This document shows, one piece after another, positions 9,124 through 19,183 of a stretch of 59,869 bases of DNA. A program made the translations under genes and the position numbers. The DNA is from Actinomycetota bacterium (GTDB lineage: Bacteria > Actinomycetota > Humimicrobiia > Humimicrobiales > Humimicrobiaceae): positions 1 through 59,869 of the forward strand of contig VGAZ01000003.1 in the NCBI GenBank assembly GCA_016870615.1, read 5' to 3'. The notes beneath the pieces are model-generated. The model was not told the origin of the DNA. It searched no databases and worked only from the letters and a program-made list of their open reading frames with translations. The first letter of the stretch is position 1, and each line of letters begins with the position of its first letter.

Positions 9124-12100
9124 GGATTTGCCACCCCTGCAAGAAAGGATTCTTTAATTGCTTCCTTTTTTCTTATTCTTTCATTTTTGCTGAATGCGGC
9201 TATGCCAAGCACTTCTTTTGCAATAAGGGAGACATTGTTATCCTTTATGTGAAGCCTTCCCTTTATTATTATAAAACGTTCACTTGAAAGCAGTTTTATG
9301 TATTTTTTATATACCGGCGAAAAAAACACTGCTTCATACATGCCGTCCTCATCTTCCATTGTGCAGAACATCATATTTTGCCCGCTCTTAGTGTTTTCAA
9401 TCCTTTTTGAAATTATTATGCCGGCAGCAGTCACGGGGCCGCTTAAGTTATAAAAAGAACCGCTTTTTGTTATAATGGCGGGACATGCCCCTGAATTTTT
9501 AAGGCCCTGTTTAAAAACCTGCAGGGGGTGGGCGCTTATGTAGAATCCGAGCAGTTGCGCCTCAATTAGAAGCTTTTCTTCAATGCTGAAGTCTTTTTCA
9601 AGCCCCATGGCTTTATCTGTTTTTTTAATGTAACAGGAAAAATCCCTGCAGTCAAATATGGCGCCTGCTGTATTTGCCGGCGGTTTTTTTAATTTTTTAA
9701 TTGAGTAAAACTCATGCAGCAGCTGCTTTGCCGGGGTGCCTGTAAAATTGAACGCCCCGGTTTTTATAAGGTTTTCGATGGCAGCGCATGAAATCCTGCA
9801 ATTAGCGCTTACCCTGGAGTAAAAGTCATCAAAGTTGCGAAATGCCCCGTTTTTATTTCTCTCATTTATTATGCAATTTGTCCCTGCATATCCCAGGTTT
9901 TTTACTGAAATAAGAGGCACCCTTATGGTTTTGCCGCAGCTTTCCACTTTAAATTCAAATCCGCTTTTATTAATATCCGGAAGCTTAAGTGCAATGCCAA
10001 GCCTTCTTGCTTCCTCAAGATACTGCATTTTACTGAAGTAGCCTGAATTGTTGGTAAGTATTGTTGCCAGAAACTCTGCCGGGTAGTGGTATTTTAAAAA
10101 ACATGTTTTGCAGGAAATGTCTGCATAAGCTGCGGCATGCGCCTTAACAAAGCCATAACTTGCAAATTTTGATATCAGCCTGAAGGCATATCCTACTATA
10201 GCTGCGCTGTAGCCTTTTTTCAGGCCGCCCTGCATAAATCTCTGCTGCTGGGAAAGCATTTTCTCGTGTGAAAGGTTCACCATTGCTTTTCTTAGCCCGT
10301 CTGCTTCACTTAGCGAGTAGCCCGCTATTTTAATTGCTGCCTGCATTGCCTGCTCCTGGTAAAGTATTACCCCGAATGTTTCCTTGAGCAGCGGCTCAAG
10401 GTCTTTGTGGATATAGGATATTTTTTCCCTGCCGAATTTTCTTTCAATGAAATTATTAACCATGCCTGACTGCTGGGGGCCCGGGCGGTACAGCGATATA
10501 AGAAGCGTTATGTCATTAAGGCAGGCAGGCTTTATTTTACGCGAAAGCGTTCTTATGCCAAAGCTTTCAAGCTGGAAGACTCCAAGCGTGCTGCCTTTCT
10601 GCATGAGGTCAAAAATATTACTGTCATTGCATGGTATGTCTGCCATATCTATCTTTATTTTCCTCTGTTTTTCAAGAATTGCCGACACATCAGATATTAG
10701 GCTTAAGCTCAGGGAATTAATAAGGTCTATTTTTAAAATTCCAATATCATCAATGCTGTTCATATCATACTGGCTCATGATCTCGCCTGTTTCAGACAGT
10801 GTCAGGGGAATACGGCAGGAGAGGTCACAGTCTGATACTATAAAAGCTGAAGGGTGCATTGACACATGCCTGATATAACCTCCAATATTTTCTGAAAGCG
10901 AAAGTATTTTCCTTAAGGAAGGGTCTTTTATATCTGCAAGACCGGCTGATTTAAGGCTGTTTTGCATCTTTTTGGGTGTATAAAACCTGTTATATCCGGG
11001 AGCTGATTTTATAATATAATCAACATCCTCCTTTGCCATCCCGGTTATTCTTCCTGATTCCCTTATTGCTGCCCTGGGCTTTGTAGTGGCAAAACTTGAC
11101 ACCCTTGCTATGCTGCTATTTCCGTATCTGCGGCACAGGTAATACCAGATTTTCTGCCTGTCTTTTGCTGATATGTCAATGTCTATATCGGGAGGCTCCG
11201 CCCTCTCTTCATTGAGGAATCTTTCAAAATAAAGATTGTTTTCAACAGGGTCAACATTTGATATTTTTAGAAGATATGAAACAAGACTTCCCGCCGAGGA
11301 GCCTTTTCCGCAAATGGGTATACTGTTTTTATGCGCAAACTCTGCTATGTCTGCAACAATGAGAAAATATCCTGCAAATCCTGTCTTATGTATAATATCC
11401 AGCTCTTTTTCAAGCCTTTCTGTAACTTTTTGCGGACAAATGGCCCCGAACCTGGCTTTTATGCCTTCCATGCACAGCTCAGAAAGGTATTTTTCCTGGG
11501 GCTGGCCATAAGGTGTTTTAAATACAGGAAGGACTGTTTTTCCGAGCTCAAAATCAAAACAGCATTTATCGGCAATGATTTGAGTATTCTTTATCGCTGA
11601 AGGCATGTCTTTAAAAAGCGCTGCCATCTCCTGCGGTGATTTAAGATAATTTTCACCACCCTGTATAATATTGAATAACGGATCTGCCTTTGTTCCCATT
11701 GCCTTGATTTTTGCAAGATAGCTGTAAGTGCGGCAGTCTTCCTGAAGCAGGTAATGCACATTATTTGTTGCAGCTGCAGGTATTTTTGTCTTTTGTGAAA
11801 ATGCTGCAAGAGCCTCAGATGCAAGGCCATTATTTTGGTGCAAATTTAACCGGGATTTGCATCTCTGTATTTCGATATAAAAGTCCCGGCCGAATATATT
11901 AAACAGCTTTTTTGCAAAAGACATTGCCTCCTGGATGTTATTTTCTTTAAGCAGCCTGGAAATCTTTCCATTGCTGCAGCCGCTTAAGGCAATAAGCCCG
12001 CAGCAAAACTCTGCAAGCCAGCCGATTTTTACTGCCGGTATGCGCGGCAGCCCTCCTTCATGAAAATACCCGGTTTCTGTATGTGATTTACTTACAAGAC

Positions 12101-12371
12101 GGCACAGGTTTTCATATCCTGTTTTGTTTTTTACAAGAAGCGTAAGATGGGAAAGATCATTGTCAGAAAGGCAAATCTCGCACCCTGTTATCGGCTTTAA
12201 GCCTGCGGCTTTTGCAAGCCTGTAAAACTGCACTGCCCCGCCCATGGCATATTTGTCAGTGAGGGCAAGCGCATCCATCCCAAGCAGGGCTGCTCTTTCG
12301 GCAAGTTCCTCAATTCTTGCAGAAGATTCAAGTATGCTGAAGTGGCTGTGTACATGAAGATGAGTAAACAA
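9108..12371 (-). CDS. dnaE2: DNA polymerase III alpha subunit, error-prone DnaE2-like
   Basis: PHP HLHVHSHFS, FERFLNEER, PDIDID, GVFQLES and YGFVKAHA motifs; C-terminal OB fold; lacks the extended C-terminus; lies between lexA and dinB. Confidence 0.88.
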   Translation of the reverse strand: MFTHLHVHSHFSILESSARIEELAERAALLGMDALALTDKYAMGGAVQFYRLAKAAGLKPITGCEICLSDNDLSHLTLLVKNKTGYENLCRLVSKSHTETGYFHEGGLPRIPAVKIGWLAEFCCGLIALSGCSNGKISRLLKENNIQEAMSFAKKLFNIFGRDFYIEIQRCKSRLNLHQNNGLASEALAAFSQKTKIPAAATNNVHYLLQEDCRTYSYLAKIKAMGTKADPLFNIIQGGENYLKSPQEMAALFKDMPSAIKNTQIIADKCCFDFELGKTVLPVFKTPYGQPQEKYLSELCMEGIKARFGAICPQKVTERLEKELDIIHKTGFAGYFLIVADIAEFAHKNSIPICGKGSSAGSLVSYLLKISNVDPVENNLYFERFLNEERAEPPDIDIDISAKDRQKIWYYLCRRYGNSSIARVSSFATTKPRAAIRESGRITGMAKEDVDYIIKSAPGYNRFYTPKKMQNSLKSAGLADIKDPSLRKILSLSENIGGYIRHVSMHPSAFIVSDCDLSCRIPLTLSETGEIMSQYDMNSIDDIGILKIDLINSLSLSLISDVSAILEKQRKIKIDMADIPCNDSNIFDLMQKGSTLGVFQLESFGIRTLSRKIKPACLNDITLLISLYRPGPQQSGMVNNFIERKFGREKISYIHKDLEPLLKETFGVILYQEQAMQAAIKIAGYSLSEADGLRKAMVNLSHEKMLSQQQRFMQGGLKKGYSAAIVGYAFRLISKFASYGFVKAHAAAYADISCKTCFLKYHYPAEFLATILTNNSGYFSKMQYLEEARRLGIALKLPDINKSGFEFKVESCGKTIRVPLISVKNLGYAGTNCIINERNKNGAFRNFDDFYSRVSANCRISCAAIENLIKTGAFNFTGTPAKQLLHEFYSIKKLKKPPANTAGAIFDCRDFSCYIKKTDKAMGLEKDFSIEEKLLIEAQLLGFYISAHPLQVFKQGLKNSGACPAIITKSGSFYNLSGPVTAAGIIISKRIENTKSGQNMMFCTMEDEDGMYEAVFFSPVYKKYIKLLSSERFIIIKGRLHIKDNNVSLIAKEVLGIAAFSKNERIRKKEAIKESFLAGVANPWIQA

Positions 12372-12391
12372 ATAAAATCCCCCCGGACATA

Positions 12392-13054
12392 TTAAATATT
12401 TCTATGGACAGCCACAACCCGACCGATAATTTTAACGCTGTCCCCGGCATCTTTTATGCTTATCTTAATCGGCGGATAATCTGTGTTGGAAGATACAAGC
12501 TCTATACCGTCTTTTGTCTTGTAAAACCTTTTTACCACTGCCTCATCATTTATAAGGGCGACAACGATTTCACCATTTTCTGCAGTATTGCGGGCTTTTA
12601 CCATAATCATATCACCGTCAAGTATATGGTCCCCTGTCATGCTCCTGCCCTTTACCCTGAGTGCAAAATCCGCGCCATAAGCGCCTGTAAAGCTTTCCGG
12701 CACAGGTATGTATTCATCTATATTTTCGTAGGCAAGCACTGGATTTCCTGCCGCTATATTGCCAATAAGGGGAAGGTATGATATGCCGGCATGACCCGCG
12801 TCAGCCGGGGAAGGAAATGAATAGTCCTTCTTTAGCATGCCAAGCGCTTTATCTGTAAGCTTTATTGAACGGGCAAGTGAATTTCTCTTTATATACCCTT
12901 TCTTTTCAAGTGATGTGAAATGATCAGTTGCAGCTTTTGGCGATGAAAAACCCATCATTTCCGCCACATCCCTTGCAGTGGGAGGATAGGAATTAAGCAT
13001 TATAAAATCGTGTATTTTTCCCAATACGGCTTTCTGCCTGTCTGTAATTTTCAT
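12392..13054 (-). CDS. lexA: LexA repressor
   Basis: N-terminal wHTH (YPPTARD), IAAG cleavage site, GRSM catalytic Ser, VKRF catalytic Lys. Confidence 0.95.
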   Translation of the reverse strand: MKITDRQKAVLGKIHDFIMLNSYPPTARDVAEMMGFSSPKAATDHFTSLEKKGYIKRNSLARSIKLTDKALGMLKKDYSFPSPADAGHAGISYLPLIGNIAAGNPVLAYENIDEYIPVPESFTGAYGADFALRVKGRSMTGDHILDGDMIMVKARNTAENGEIVVALINDEAVVKRFYKTKDGIELVSSNTDYPPIKISIKDAGDSVKIIGRVVAVHRNI

Positions 13055-13072
13055 GATGATATTATATAATAT

Positions 13073-13092
13073 TACTATACATTTGTATAGTA
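13073..13092. promoter_or_regulatory. Putative LexA operator TACTATACA-TT-TGTATAGTA
   Basis: Perfect 9-bp inverted repeat next to the -10 (TATAAT, 13061-13066, minus strand) of lexA. Confidence 0.7.
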
Positions 13093-13224
13093 TATGACAG
13101 CAAGTTTTTTATAAAAAATTAAATGGAAGGCAGGCAATTAACGGGAGTAAGGAGGATTATGCCAGAAATTGGATTTGCAGGAAAATATACGGCAAACCGC
13201 TGTTTTTTGCAATTATGGCCCGGG

Positions 13225-13908
13225 CTAAATAATTTCAATATTGGTGATGCCCTCAAATCTCTTTATGACTTCCATTATTTTTATGGAAAATCCAGAATCC
13301 CTGCTCTGGAGGTTAAACTGCACGGTGACAGTTCTTTTGCCGTCACCGGAAATGCTTCCGGCAAATGATTTTTCGACAAATACTTTAATATTGAAACTTT
13401 GGAGGAACTGAATGAGCTCTTTCATGCACTTGAAATTATCACTGCTTGTAATTAAAACCGTGTAAGAAAATTTTTTAATAAGCCTGTCTTCAAAATATTT
13501 AACCATTGTCAGTATAAGAAACCCCAGGGCTGTTGTCAGGAATGCAAGATAATACAATTTTGTCCCTATTGCAATACCTGCTGCAGCAACCACCCATATA
13601 CTTGCCGCAGTTGTAACGCCCCGCACAAAAATACCCTGGCGGAAAATCACGCCCGCGCCTATAAAGCCAATACCTGTAACTATTCCTGCCGCTATTCTTG
13701 ACGGATCAAATCCTGAAGAAAAACCCTGGTAAGAGATTATAGTAAAAACTGTTGAGCCAAGACAAACAAGTGCATGTGTGCGCAGTCCTGCGGGCCTGTC
13801 AATCTTTTCCCTGTCATATCCTATAATGCCTCCGCAGATGCAGGCAATAATGCAGGGGATAACATAGCTAAATGCAAAATCTTTAAAATCTATATTGAAA
13901 GCTTCCAT
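13225..13908 (-). CDS. MgtC/SapB family membrane protein
   Basis: AGLRTH, DPSRIAAGIVTGIGFIGAG and GVTTAASIW motifs; ACT-like C-terminus. Confidence 0.93.
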   Translation of the reverse strand: MEAFNIDFKDFAFSYVIPCIIACICGGIIGYDREKIDRPAGLRTHALVCLGSTVFTIISYQGFSSGFDPSRIAAGIVTGIGFIGAGVIFRQGIFVRGVTTAASIWVVAAAGIAIGTKLYYLAFLTTALGFLILTMVKYFEDRLIKKFSYTVLITSSDNFKCMKELIQFLQSFNIKVFVEKSFAGSISGDGKRTVTVQFNLQSRDSGFSIKIMEVIKRFEGITNIEII

Positions 13909-13968
13909 AATTAAAAAATCATTGTTTTACCTGTTTTTATTTTAAAACACTTAAAAAACATTACAAGC

Positions 13969-15408
13969 TTATTTTGCAGGAATTTTAAATATAAAAGTGT
14001 TTGCATCAGATTCTGAAATAAAATCAAGTCCGGCATCAAGAATTGAGGATATTTTCTGTGATATTGCAAGGCCAAGCCCAAAACCTTTTATATTTTTAAA
14101 ATCATACTTTTTTGACCTGTAAAACATATTAAATATTTTATTTTTTTCCTCTCCGGATATTTTGTATCCTTTATTTGAGACAGAAAAAACAATATTTTTT
14201 TCCTCAGGATAAATACTTATATCAATTTCAGAATTGACAGATGAATATTTTATTGCATTATTTATCAGGTTTGATACAACAGTGCTCACCAGGTACCTGT
14301 CGCTTAAAAGTTTCATGTTCTCAGGCAGCCTGTAGGACCTGTTTATTTTCAGCCTGTTTTCTGAAAGCTCCTTTTCATAAAGATTGAGCAAGTCTTCAAC
14401 AATTGCAGCTATGTCTATTTTTTCTCTTGAGAGTTCAATAAGGCGGTTTTCAATTTTCGAGAGCATAAGCAGGCTTTCAGTTATATTCTCTATATCGCCG
14501 GTCTTGCTTTTTATAATGTCAAGCGCCTGTGCTACCTCCTCATTTGTTGAATAAACCCCTTCGCTTATGCCCTCGGCATAACCGTTTATTGAAGTAATCA
14601 TATTCTTTATTTCATGGGAAAGCATATAGGTAAATTCCTTAAGCGAGTTCTGGCTTCGCTCAATTTTATTTTTCATAAGATTGATATTGCCTGCAAGGAT
14701 GCCAATCTCATCATTGGTGTCTGCCTTTATTTCCTCGCTGTAATCGCCATCTGATATGCGGCTAACAGAACGGTTAAGCTTGAGTACCGGACCGCTTATA
14801 CTTTTTCCAAGGATAATGCCGGTAAGTATCGAGATAAGGCTTGCAATCAGGAATATGAGCGCAAGATTAAGCATATATCTTAGTGGGGGAATCTGTATGA
14901 GTTTCTGCTGCTTTACAAATACCGAAAGAAAATTTTCGTTTCCTATTTTAAACTCATGAATGGACACAAAATAGTTTAAATTATCCAGATTTGTGTATAC
15001 AAGTTTACCTGTATTTTCTTTTGGGGATATATAAAAAAGATCAGTTACTGTGAAAAAGTTGCTTATCTGCCTGCTTGCTTTAATAATTTTTTCGAGATTT
15101 TTTTGGCTTATGTCCATGGAATTTATAAATATTTCCATATTATCGTTTGTAATAATTAGCTTTGCGCCTGTAATGTTTTGGACTTTGTAAAGGTAGTCTG
15201 ACTGCTCAAGATAATCAAAAGCTTCGGGGTGGCCGGAAAAATCTTCCTGTATAAGCTTTGATATCTCCCTGTTCTGCCTGGAAAGCTCTATTAACTGGGT
15301 ATTTCTATTGTTTATTTCAAAAAGCTGGGTAAATGCAAGGGATGCAATAAAAATAATTGCAAAAAGAGTTATTGCTATTGTCGTTGTAATCCTGTCCTGG
15401 ATTTTCAT
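13969..15408 (-). CDS. HAMP-domain sensor histidine kinase
   Basis: Two TM helices, HAMP (DEIGILA), SHEIK H-box, NLINNAIKYS N-box, GFGLGL G2 box. Confidence 0.93.
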   Translation of the reverse strand: MKIQDRITTTIAITLFAIIFIASLAFTQLFEINNRNTQLIELSRQNREISKLIQEDFSGHPEAFDYLEQSDYLYKVQNITGAKLIITNDNMEIFINSMDISQKNLEKIIKASRQISNFFTVTDLFYISPKENTGKLVYTNLDNLNYFVSIHEFKIGNENFLSVFVKQQKLIQIPPLRYMLNLALIFLIASLISILTGIILGKSISGPVLKLNRSVSRISDGDYSEEIKADTNDEIGILAGNINLMKNKIERSQNSLKEFTYMLSHEIKNMITSINGYAEGISEGVYSTNEEVAQALDIIKSKTGDIENITESLLMLSKIENRLIELSREKIDIAAIVEDLLNLYEKELSENRLKINRSYRLPENMKLLSDRYLVSTVVSNLINNAIKYSSVNSEIDISIYPEEKNIVFSVSNKGYKISGEEKNKIFNMFYRSKKYDFKNIKGFGLGLAISQKISSILDAGLDFISESDANTFIFKIPAK

Positions 15409-15548
15409 ATTAATTTTAATTTATTAATGCAAATTATATATTTTGCATTAATATTTTTTAATCTTGTAATAAGTTTTTTAATTAAGCTTAAAGGCGCAAA
15501 AACAAAACTATGAGCCTGTTTCAACCAGGAAAAGCGAAAGTTATTTAA

Positions 15549-16343
15549 TCAATTCATATTAAACCTGTAACCAACCGACCACACGGTTTCAATAAGGCTT
15601 CCGTTTATGTCCTGGATTTTTTTCCTTAACTCCTTTACATGTACATCAATGGTCCTTGACTGGCCCACAAAATCATAGCCCCATATATCCTCAAGCAGTG
15701 ACTGCCTGCTTATAACAACATTCTTATTTTCAATAAAATAAAGAAGCATATTAAATTCCTTATTGGTAAGCTTAACCTCTGTGCTATTTACAAAAATTTT
15801 CCTTGCTTCAGGATTTATTTCAAGCTTTACACCATGAGCAATTATTTTTTCTTTTGGATTTGTCAGTTTTCCGACAACAACGTTTTTAAGGGTCACGGCC
15901 TGCTTAAAATTTACAGTTAACAGCTTCTGCTGTGCATGCTGCACATTTGCTGTTCTTTTTATATAGGGCTCATTTTTGTAGGCGCGCCTTATTATTGCTT
16001 TTATCCTTGCAACCAGTTCCTGGGGATTAAAAGGTTTTGTGATGTAATCATCTGCCCCTGCATCAAGTCCTTTTATCTTGTCTGAATCCTCACTTTTTGC
16101 AGTGAGCATTATTATGGGAATATTTAAAGACTCCCTGATTTTTGAGCATACTTCAATCCCGCTTAAATCAGGAAGCATCAAATCAAGGACTACAAGGCTG
16201 TACTTATGGCGGTTTTCTTCAAGAGCCGATAATGCAGCTTTTCCGTTTGCAGCTGTATCGACTTTATAATTTTCTTTCTGGAGAAAGTCTTTTATAAGCT
16301 TTCTTATTTCCCTGTCATCATCAACAACAAGTATATTTTCCAT
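15549..16343 (-). CDS. OmpR-family response regulator with extended linker
   Basis: VVDDD, LDLMLP, GADDYITKPF and RTIDVHV...VWSVGY motifs. Confidence 0.95.
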   Translation of the reverse strand: MENILVVDDDREIRKLIKDFLQKENYKVDTAANGKAALSALEENRHKYSLVVLDLMLPDLSGIEVCSKIRESLNIPIIMLTAKSEDSDKIKGLDAGADDYITKPFNPQELVARIKAIIRRAYKNEPYIKRTANVQHAQQKLLTVNFKQAVTLKNVVVGKLTNPKEKIIAHGVKLEINPEARKIFVNSTEVKLTNKEFNMLLYFIENKNVVISRQSLLEDIWGYDFVGQSRTIDVHVKELRKKIQDINGSLIETVWSVGYRFNMN

Positions 16344-16508
16344 AGTATATTAATTTTAACAGCAAATTATCAATAACTGAAACGTTAAAAATTAAGGCCA
16401 TAAAAAGTATAGTCATTTATTATAGAGCGGCTTTTTATTAAGATAAAAATTGTGCGACAGTGTGAAAGATTTATATTAAAATTTGTTAACTATATTGCAG
16501 GGCTGGTT

Positions 16509-17273
16509 TTAAACAGTAATTACTTCAATATCATTTTCCTTAAGTTTTTCAATAAATTCCTTATCTGCATCGCTGTCTGTTATAAAGGTATTTACAGCTT
16601 TTAAGGGCGCAACAAAATTTACTGAAATATGCCCAATTTTTGAGCTGTCGCAAAGTGCTATAACATTTCTGGCGCTTGAAATCATATATTTTTTAGTCTG
16701 GGCCTCAATGGGATCCACTGCTGTAATTCCTTTATAGGCATCAATACCGGTTATACCTATAAAAGCCTTGTCCGTAAAAGTGGTCCTGAAAGTAGAGTCT
16801 GCAACAGGGCCAATCAGGGAGCGGGTCTGGCTGTTTAATATGCCACCGCTAAGTATAATTTTATAATCAGGGTTTGTACTTCCAAGCATTGTTGCTATAT
16901 CGCAACTGTTGGTAATGACAGTGAGATTTTTTTTGCTGGTTATATTTACAGCTGTCTGATAGCCTGTGGTGCCAGCTTCAAGCAAAATAACATCATCCTC
17001 TTCTATAAGCGATGCTGCAGCAAGCGCAATTCTTTTCTTTTCCTCGATGAATTTATCTTTCTGTACATCAAACTTCATCTCATATCCGACTGAGAAGTTA
17101 TTAATAGCGCCTCCGTGAGTTCTTTTAATCAGCCCCTTTTTAGCAAGCCTGTCCAAATCGCGCCGGATAGTTATCTCAGAAAGGTTTAATGTCCTGGCTA
17201 TATCTATTGCTTTGACGCTGCCGGTTTTATTAATGAGATTAAGTATATACTGGCGTCTTTCTTCACCAAGCAT
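16509..17273 (-). CDS. DeoR/GlpR-family transcriptional regulator
   Basis: SEITIRRDL, RTHGGA, EAGTT and VITNS motifs. Confidence 0.95.
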   Translation of the reverse strand: MLGEERRQYILNLINKTGSVKAIDIARTLNLSEITIRRDLDRLAKKGLIKRTHGGAINNFSVGYEMKFDVQKDKFIEEKKRIALAAASLIEEDDVILLEAGTTGYQTAVNITSKKNLTVITNSCDIATMLGSTNPDYKIILSGGILNSQTRSLIGPVADSTFRTTFTDKAFIGITGIDAYKGITAVDPIEAQTKKYMISSARNVIALCDSSKIGHISVNFVAPLKAVNTFITDSDADKEFIEKLKENDIEVITV

Positions 17274-17381
17274 TTAAATTGCACCTTTGTGTTTTATTAA
17301 AAAAAATAAATCCTGCCCAGGCCAGATAAATATCAACCTGATTTTTATTTGTGATATACTGCTTTAAAGAAGGACTTATTT

Positions 17382-18635
17382 TTACGGATATATCCCTCTT
17401 AAACTTGTGGCCTCTGCAACACTTGAAACTGCAAGCATTGAAGCTGCTGTTCTCATATCAACTTTGTGCTCATTTGAAAATTTATATGTCTCATAGAATG
17501 CTTTTTCCATAATATCGCGAAGTTTTAAGTTTACCTCTCGTTTTGTCCAGAAATACGAGAGGTTTCCCTGGACCCATTCAAAATATGAGACCGTGACTCC
17601 TCCTGCATTTGCAAGCACATCAGGTATTACAAATATGTTATTTTGCTTAAGTATTTTATCTGCTTCAGGGGTTGTCGGGGCATTTGCGCCCTCTGCAACT
17701 ATTTTTGCTTTAATGGCGCCTGCATTTTTTTCTGTTATCTGGTTTTCAAGGGCAGCAGGCACAAGCATGTCGCATTCAAGGCCAAATATATCCTCCCTGG
17801 GCAGCTCTTCTGCAGAAGAATACCCTGAAATAGTTTTATTCTTTTTAAAAAAATCGTCTATCTCATATGGATTTAAGCCTTTTTTGTCATAAAGACAGCA
17901 GGACACATCACTTATTGCAATTATCTTAAAGCCTAAATCATGCAGTATCTTTGCTGCGTTTCCACCCACATTGCCAAATCCCTGCACTGCAACAGATAAA
18001 TCAGTTGAGTCTATGCCCATTACCTTTAAAGTCGATAGTATTGTATAAACACAGCCCCTGCTTGTTGCATCCTCTCTTCCCTGGCTTCCCCCAAGGCTTA
18101 TTGGTTTTCCTGTTACAACGCCTGGAACACTGTGGCCCTTGTCCATTGAATAAGTATCAAGTATCCATGCCATTACCTGTGCGTTTGTACCCACATCAGG
18201 AGCAGGTATGTCTTTATCCGGCCCTATTGCATCAATTATCTCAAATGTGTATCTTCTTGTTATATGCTCAAGCTCATTTAAAGATAGCTTTGCGGGGTCT
18301 GCAATAACTCCCCCCTTTGCTCCGCCAAAGGGAAGGCCCACAAGGCTGCACTTCCATGTCATAAGCATTGCAAGGGCTTTTATCTCGTCAAGGTTTACAT
18401 CAGGGTGATATCTTATGCCGCCTTTGGCAGGACCCCTGTTTGTATTGTGCTGCACCCTGTATCCTTTAAATATTTCTATATTGCCTGCATCTGTTTTTAT
18501 AGGAACTGATACTTCAAGGGTTTTTCTTGGCTCGCGCAAATATTTCTGCATGCCGGGCTTTATATTTAGAAGGTCCATTGTAGCGTCAAGGCGCGAAAGA
18601 GTCATTTCCCATACATTATTTTTATCTGAAGACAA
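17382..18635 (-). CDS. gdhA: Glu/Leu/Phe/Val dehydrogenase, probably glutamate dehydrogenase
   Basis: GPAKGGIRY, GGAKGG, DIPAPDVGT, QGFGNVG and NAGGVTVSYFEW motifs. Confidence 0.93.
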   Translation of the reverse strand: MSSDKNNVWEMTLSRLDATMDLLNIKPGMQKYLREPRKTLEVSVPIKTDAGNIEIFKGYRVQHNTNRGPAKGGIRYHPDVNLDEIKALAMLMTWKCSLVGLPFGGAKGGVIADPAKLSLNELEHITRRYTFEIIDAIGPDKDIPAPDVGTNAQVMAWILDTYSMDKGHSVPGVVTGKPISLGGSQGREDATSRGCVYTILSTLKVMGIDSTDLSVAVQGFGNVGGNAAKILHDLGFKIIAISDVSCCLYDKKGLNPYEIDDFFKKNKTISGYSSAEELPREDIFGLECDMLVPAALENQITEKNAGAIKAKIVAEGANAPTTPEADKILKQNNIFVIPDVLANAGGVTVSYFEWVQGNLSYFWTKREVNLKLRDIMEKAFYETYKFSNEHKVDMRTAASMLAVSSVAEATSLRGIYP

Positions 18636-18650
18636 TTTTTTCTCCTTCCT

Positions 18651-18992
18651 TTATGTAATTGCAGATATGCCGCTTTCTTTTGTTCTTATGCGTATTGCAT
18701 CTTCTACAGGCAAAATAAATATTTTTCCTGAACCAAATTCTCCAGTGGCAGCAAGCTTTACTATGGTTTTTGTGACATTGTCCAGTATTTCTTCATCAAC
18801 AACTATTTCAAGCTTTACTTTCGGAAGAAATTTTACATCCTTATTTGGCTTTTCGCCCTGTGCATATCCACGCTGGCGGCCAAAACCTGAAACTTCGGTC
18901 ATCGTTATTCCTTCAACGCCTGCATCTATTAATGCGTCTTTTAAGCCGTCAAGTTTTAAAGGCTGGATGAAACATTCTATTTTTTTAAGCAA
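18651..18992 (-). CDS. glnB: P-II family nitrogen regulator with divergent T-loop
   Basis: GFGRQRG, FLPKVKLE and GSGKIF...RIRT motifs; TTG start with GGAGG SD. Confidence 0.9.
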   Translation of the reverse strand: MLKKIECFIQPLKLDGLKDALIDAGVEGITMTEVSGFGRQRGYAQGEKPNKDVKFLPKVKLEIVVDEEILDNVTKTIVKLAATGEFGSGKIFILPVEDAIRIRTKESGISAIT

Positions 18993-19183
18993 TTCTCTAG
19001 CCTCCTTCTAAAGTTTTATTAATTATTTAAAAGGTAAAAAGAAATTAACTTATCAAACCCGGAATATTATACCAAACCAAAAATATTATACAAAGAAAGC
19101 TGCGCTAAACTATTCACCCGATAAATTATAGTTTAACCTGTAAAAATTTCTTTATAAATTATATATTTAAAAATATTGCACTG

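Noticed and set aside
18415-19011. 198-aa plus-strand ORF across gdh and glnB
   Set aside because: Antisense ORFs over GDH and PII genes are a common artefact of codon bias
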